Positions 27,754 to 32,000 of a DNA stretch of 32,000 nucleotides are shown here, in pieces. A program made the translations under genes and the position numbers. The notes under the pieces were generated by a model. The model did no database searches. It saw only the letters and a list, made by a program, of their open reading frames with translations, and was not told where the DNA came from. This stretch comes from Wigglesworthia glossinidia endosymbiont of Glossina brevipalpis (lineage in GTDB: Bacteria; Pseudomonadota; Gammaproteobacteria; Enterobacterales; Enterobacteriaceae). Position 1 is the stretch's first letter. Every line of letters starts with the position of its first letter. Location: the NCBI GenBank assembly GCA_000008885.1, contig BA000021.3, positions 60,001 to 92,000 of the forward strand. Direction: 5' to 3'.

Positions 27754-28290
27754 ATTAAAACTGGAAAAAAATTTTATTCTATAAGATTGCATAAAATTAA
27801 TGAAGAAATCAAAGCTAAAACAGTTAGATTAACTGGAATTAATGGAGTTCAACTTGGAATTGTTCCTATAAAAGAAGCTATTTTTAAATCTTTAGAATTA
27901 GAAATGGATTTAGTAGAAATTAGTCCAAATTCAAACCCTCCAGTATGTAAGATAATGAATTATGGAAAGTTTTTGTACGAAAAAAATAAATCCAATAAAG
28001 AACAAAAAAGAAAACAAAAGATCATAAATACAAAAGAAATAAAATTTAGACCAAATACAGATACTGGAGATTATAAAGTAAAACTGAGAAATTTAACTAG
28101 GTTTTTAGAAAATGGTAAAAAAGTAAAAATTAGTCTTAGATTTCGTGGTAGAGAAATGGTGCATAAAAAAATAGGAATAAATATGTTAAATAGAATCTGT
28201 TCAGATCTAAAAGAAATTTCTTCCATTGAATCGTTTCCTAATAAAATCGAAGGTAGACAAATGACTCTAATTCTTGTTCCAAAAAAATAA
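27754..28290 (+). CDS. infC: Translation initiation factor IF-3 with a non-canonical ATT (AUU) start
   Basis: A Shine-Dalgarno AAGGAG (27742-27747) is followed by a 6-nt spacer and ATT at 27754-27756, 16 nt after the thrS stop. The product (M)[27 protein letters not shown] aligns from residue 1 with E. coli IF3 [28 protein letters not shown]. The rest is strongly conserved ([36 protein letters not shown]). The track's ATG at 27700 lies inside thrS. Confidence 0.9.
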   Translation: MKTGKKFYSIRLHKINEEIKAKTVRLTGINGVQLGIVPIKEAIFKSLELEMDLVEISPNSNPPVCKIMNYGKFLYEKNKSNKEQKRKQKIINTKEIKFRPNTDTGDYKVKLRNLTRFLENGKKVKISLRFRGREMVHKKIGINMLNRICSDLKEISSIESFPNKIEGRQMTLILVPKK

Positions 28291-28379
28291 TAAAAATATT
28301 AATAAATGTAAATTTTATTTAATATTAAAATTTAATTTATATTTTTATTGTTTAATATTTTATCGGAAGAGGTATTTCT

Positions 28380-28580
28380 GTGTTAAAAATAAAGAATATT
28401 CGTAGCGTGTGCAAAAGATTTAAAAAAACGGCTTCATGTAATAAATTTAAATATAAAAAATCAAATCTGAGGCATATTTTAACAAAAAAATCTACTAAAC
28501 GTAAAAGAAAATTAAGAATAAAATCTTTTGCAACAAAAGGTGATAAAAAACTAATATTAAGATGTTTACCATACAAATAA
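28380..28580 (+). CDS. rpmI: 50S ribosomal protein L35
   Basis: A 66 aa protein with KRFKKT...[18 protein letters not shown]...CLPY as in E. coli L35. It has a GTG start at 28380, 7 nt downstream of GGAAGAGG (28365-28372). Confidence 0.9.
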   Translation: MLKIKNIRSVCKRFKKTASCNKFKYKKSNLRHILTKKSTKRKRKLRIKSFATKGDKKLILRCLPYK

Positions 28581-28624
28581 ATTAAATTTTTTTAATTTTA
28601 TTATTTATAATTTTTGGAGGTAAT

Positions 28625-28978
28625 ATGACTCGTATAAAACGAGGCGTATCGTCAAAATTTCGTCATAAAAAAATATTGAAAAAAACAAAAGGATATTATG
28701 GAGCCAGATCCAGATCATACAGAATAGCTTTTCAAGCTTTTATAAAAGCAGGTCAATATGCTTATAGAGATAGAAAAAATAAAAAAAGAACATTTAGAAA
28801 AATTTGGATATGCAGAATTAATTCTGCGGTTAGAAAGCATGGTTTATCTTATAGCTGTTTTATGTATAAAATAAAAAAATTATCTATTTTTATAGATAGA
28901 AAAATTTTGTCAGATTTGGCTGTTCTAAACAAAGAAGCATTTTCAGAATTAATAAAAAAAGTGAAAAGTATATCTTGA
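28625..28978 (+). CDS. rplT: 50S ribosomal protein L20
   Basis: A 117 aa protein with MTRIKRGV...[29 protein letters not shown] typical of L20. A GGAGG Shine-Dalgarno lies just upstream. Confidence 0.95.
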   Translation: MTRIKRGVSSKFRHKKILKKTKGYYGARSRSYRIAFQAFIKAGQYAYRDRKNKKRTFRKIWICRINSAVRKHGLSYSCFMYKIKKLSIFIDRKILSDLAVLNKEAFSELIKKVKSIS

Positions 28979-29027
28979 TTAAATATTTTATTTTAAACAC
29001 TTGTTGCAAATTATATTTATATTAATT

Positions 29028-29057
29028 GCCTCTTTTTATAGAGGCTTTTATTTTTTT
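29028..29057 (+). terminator. Rho-independent terminator downstream of rplT
   Basis: A GCCTCT (29028-29033) / AGAGGC (29040-29045) stem with a 6-nt loop is followed by TTTTATTTTTTT (29046-29057). It is one of only two G/C-containing hairpins I can see in intergenic DNA of this window. Confidence 0.7.
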
Positions 29058-29115
29058 AAGTATTTTTATAAATTATAAAAATTTTATGATAATTATTTTA
29101 AATAAGGAATAAATA

Positions 29116-30117
29116 ATGTCTTATCATTTAGAAAAATTAAATATAAAATTTATTATCAATCAAGCTCTGATAGAAATAAAAAATTGTAAAAATATAAAAG
29201 AACTGGAATTGATTCGTATATATTGGATTGGTAAAAATGGATTTTTTTCTAAAAAAAATAAATTGTTAAATATATTATTTCCATACGAAGATTTTATAAA
29301 AAAAGACATGCTAAAAAAAGCATATAAAAAAATAAAATATATTTATTTTAAAAAAAAACAAAAAATAAAAAACAAAGAAATAAAAATAAAAATTTTTAAA
29401 GAGAAAATTGATATATCACTTCCAGGAAGGGATGTTTGTAATGGATCTTTTCATCCAATATCTAATATAATTAGATATTCGGAAAAATTTTTTTGTTCTT
29501 TAGGTTTTTCTATAGTTCATGGACATGAAGTGGAAAACATATATTACAATTTTGATGCATTAAATATTCCAGAAAATCATCCTTCTAGAACAGAACATGA
29601 TACATTTTGGATTAATGAAAATTGTCTTTTAAGAACACAAACTTCTGGAATACAAATTAAAGTTATGGAATCTAAAAAGCCTCCTCTAAAAATTATATCA
29701 TCAGGCAAAGTATATAGAAATGATCATGATAAAACACATACTCCAATGTTCCATCAACTAGAAGGATTAATGATAGATGAATGCATTGGAATATCAATAG
29801 TAAAATCCATCTTGTATGATTTTTGTTATAGTTTATTAGGTAAAAAAATAAAAATAAGATTTAGACCATCATATTTTCCATTTACAGAACCTTCTGCAGA
29901 AATAGACATAATGAACGAAGATGGAAAATGGATAGAAATATTAGGATGCGGAATTGTGCATCCTAAAATATTACACAATCTAAAAATAGATAGAAATAAA
30001 TATTCTGGAATGGCATTTGGTATCGGAATTGAAAGATTAGCAATGTTATATTATAAATTATCTGATGTTAGACCGTTATTTATTAATAATTTACGTTTTT
30101 TAAAACAATTTAAATAA
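29116..30117 (+). CDS. pheS: Phenylalanine--tRNA ligase alpha subunit
   Basis: A 333 aa protein with class II motifs (HPSRTEHDTFW, RTQTSGIQ, GKVYRND, FHQLEG, RPSYFPFTEPSAE, GCGIVHP, GMAFGIGIERLAM). Confidence 0.95.
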   Translation: MSYHLEKLNIKFIINQALIEIKNCKNIKELELIRIYWIGKNGFFSKKNKLLNILFPYEDFIKKDMLKKAYKKIKYIYFKKKQKIKNKEIKIKIFKEKIDISLPGRDVCNGSFHPISNIIRYSEKFFCSLGFSIVHGHEVENIYYNFDALNIPENHPSRTEHDTFWINENCLLRTQTSGIQIKVMESKKPPLKIISSGKVYRNDHDKTHTPMFHQLEGLMIDECIGISIVKSILYDFCYSLLGKKIKIRFRPSYFPFTEPSAEIDIMNEDGKWIEILGCGIVHPKILHNLKIDRNKYSGMAFGIGIERLAMLYYKLSDVRPLFINNLRFLKQFK

Positions 30118-30127
30118 GCGAGAATAT

Positions 30128-32000
30128 ATGAATTTAAGCGAAATTTGGTTGAGGGAATATTTAAGTATAAATTTAGATTTAAATGAAATTATTAATAGAA
30201 TTACCAAAATAGGGCTAGAAGTGGAAAAAATTATTCCGGTTTCTATGAAATTTTCTGGAATTAAAATAGGAAAAGTTATTTCGTGCAAACAACATCCAAA
30301 ATGTAAAAAATTAAAAATCTTTTTAATTAAAATTAATAATAAAAATATTATTAATGTAATTTCAGATTATGATAAAAGCTTAATAAATAAAAAAATAGCA
30401 GTAGCCGTAAATGGATCTATATTACCTAATAGAACAATAGTAGAAAAAAAATTTTTATATGGATATGAATCATGTGGAATTTTTTGTACTTATGATCAGT
30501 TAAAAATTTTTGGATTAAAAGAAACATCTAAAGATATTATTGTTTTAGATAAAAACGCAATCATTGGCGAAGATATCAAAAATTATTTTTTTCTTAATGA
30601 CAATATTATTTGTATAAAAGTTTCACATAATAGATGTGATTGTTTAAACATTATTGGATTATCTAGAGCCATTTCTTCAGAATATAATGAATTATTAGAA
30701 AATAAATTAATAAATAAAATTAATTCAACAAAAGATTATGGATTTAAAATAAAAATAAATGAACCAGAAGCGTGCCCTAAGTATTTAACAAGAAAAATAA
30801 AATATATAAATCTAAATGTTAATACTCCAATATGGATTTCTGAAAGAATAAGAAGATCTGGATTTAAACCAAAAAATATTATTATAGATATCATAAATTA
30901 TGTATTTATAGAAACTGGACAAACAATTAAAATTTTTGACGCAGATAAGATATCAGGAAATATTACAGTAAGATTTTCTAAAGAAAAAGAATCAATGATG
31001 ATTTCAAAAAATAAAAAAATTATAATTCAAAAAAACACATTAGTTGTTTCTGATAAAAATTCTATAATAGAAATAGCTGGAATATTGTTAGGTTATTCTG
31101 CAAGAATTGATTCAAAAACTACCATAAATATTATTATTTCATCTGTTTTATACAGATCTAAATTTTTATTTGGAAATTCTGTTAAATATTGCATAAATTC
31201 TGATTTAGCTTATAGAAATGAAAGAAACATGATTGATCCAAATATACAGCATTTAGCTATAAATCGAGCTACAGAATTAATATTACGTTTTTGCTGTGGA
31301 AGTCCAGGTAAAATTATTAATTATATTAATAATAAATTTTTACCGAAAAAAATTTTAATAAAGCTTTACAAAAAAAAATTATATGAAATATTAGGATTTT
31401 TTATTTCAAAAAAATTAATAGAAAATATACTTTTATTATTAGGATATAAATATGAATTTATCAAAAATTATTGGAAAGTTAGTGTTCCAAGTTGGAGAAT
31501 GTGCAATGTAAAAATAGAAGAAGATTTAATAAGCGATATATCTCGTTTTTATGGATTCGAAAAAATACCTATTGATTTAAGTTACAAGAAAATAAAATAT
31601 AATAATTGTAAATATAATATAAATACATTAAATAATGCAAAGAAATTATTAACAAATAGAGGATATCAAGAAATTATTTCATATACTTTTGTTGATAAAA
31701 ATATACAAAACATTATACATCCAAATAAAATTCCTGTACCTATTATTAATCCAATTTCTACTGAAATGTCTGTATTAAGATTATCATTTTTTACTAATTT
31801 TATTCAAACAATTTTATATAATCAAAATAGACAAACAAAATATATAAAAATATTTGAAAGTGGATTTTGTTTTTCGAAAAATAAAAAATATAAGTTAGGA
31901 ATTAAACAAAGTTTTTTTATATCAGGAGCAGTTTCTGGTTTTAAAAATGTAGAATCTTGGTATTCTAAGCAAAGGGAGATAGATTTTTTTGACATAAAAG
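30128..32000 (+). CDS. pheT: Phenylalanine--tRNA ligase beta subunit, N-terminal ~624 codons; continues past the right edge
   Basis: ATG at 30128 lies 10 nt after the pheS stop. MNLSEIWLREYL aligns with E. coli MKFSELWLREWV, and the sequence is colinear through the tRNA-binding, B3/B4 and B5 regions (SHNRCDCLNIIG, CPKYL, PSWR..NVKIEEDLI, NPISTEMSVLR, YNQNRQ). It is absent from the ORF track because no stop is reached in the window. Confidence 0.9.
   Translation, partial: MNLSEIWLREYLSINLDLNEIINRITKIGLEVEKIIPVSMKFSGIKIGKVISCKQHPKCKKLKIFLIKINNKNIINVISDYDKSLINKKIAVAVNGSILPNRTIVEKKFLYGYESCGIFCTYDQLKIFGLKETSKDIIVLDKNAIIGEDIKNYFFLNDNIICIKVSHNRCDCLNIIGLSRAISSEYNELLENKLINKINSTKDYGFKIKINEPEACPKYLTRKIKYINLNVNTPIWISERIRRSGFKPKNIIIDIINYVFIETGQTIKIFDADKISGNITVRFSKEKESMMISKNKKIIIQKNTLVVSDKNSIIEIAGILLGYSARIDSKTTINIIISSVLYRSKFLFGNSVKYCINSDLAYRNERNMIDPNIQHLAINRATELILRFCCGSPGKIINYINNKFLPKKILIKLYKKKLYEILGFFISKKLIENILLLLGYKYEFIKNYWKVSVPSWRMCNVKIEEDLISDISRFYGFEKIPIDLSYKKIKYNNCKYNINTLNNAKKLLTNRGYQEIISYTFVDKNIQNIIHPNKIPVPIINPISTEMSVLRLSFFTNFIQTILYNQNRQTKYIKIFESGFCFSKNKKYKLGIKQSFFISGAVSGFKNVESWYSKQREIDFFDIK

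Noticed and set aside
1-32000. A scan for a novel defence or accessory system, mobile element, CRISPR array, toxin-antitoxin pair, or an island with atypical composition.
   Set aside because: Every ORF of meaningful length has a clear housekeeping or flagellar identity in conserved enteric synteny. Composition is uniformly AT-rich. There are no repeats with spacer structure and no integrase or transposase-like sequences.

Overview
This window is extremely AT-rich (about 20% G+C by eye, not computed) and gene-dense, and looks like the reduced genome of an Enterobacterales-derived obligate endosymbiont. I recognise 31 protein-coding genes or gene remnants. I see no rRNA, tRNA, CRISPR, IS or phage elements, and no defence-island-like content. 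Gene order consists of E. coli-like syntenic blocks joined by deletion scars. The blocks are: fliK(partial)-J-I-H-G-F / fliE / fliS-fliD / fliC; trhO-opgH; gloB-rnhA / dnaQ; rsmD / ftsY-rpoH; hemL / erpA; mltC-yggX; hemW(remnant)-rdgB-proC-yggS; and thrS-infC-rpmI-rplT-pheS-pheT(partial). A complete filament module (flagellin fliC, cap fliD, chaperone fliS) with a near-consensus sigma28 promoter, at this base composition, fits Wigglesworthia glossinidia, the tsetse primary symbiont. That is recognition from memory, not a database hit. I find no evidence for a novel accessory or defence system. The observations most worth a second look all concern genome erosion and relaxed quality control: (1) hemW has lost its radical-SAM CxxxCxxC triad and is split at an A9 tract. 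(2) The PheRS beta editing site carries substitutions at several key residues, and ThrRS has H73C in its editing site. (3) The infC AUU start and the sigma28 fliC promoter are retained as rare surviving regulatory signals. (4) ftsEX, fliT, opgG, clcA and the mutY-trmB block are missing from their ancestral positions. (5) Long homopolymer tracts lie inside essential genes such as dnaQ. Antisense and shadow ORFs in the supplied track are artefacts of AT-rich low-complexity sequence.
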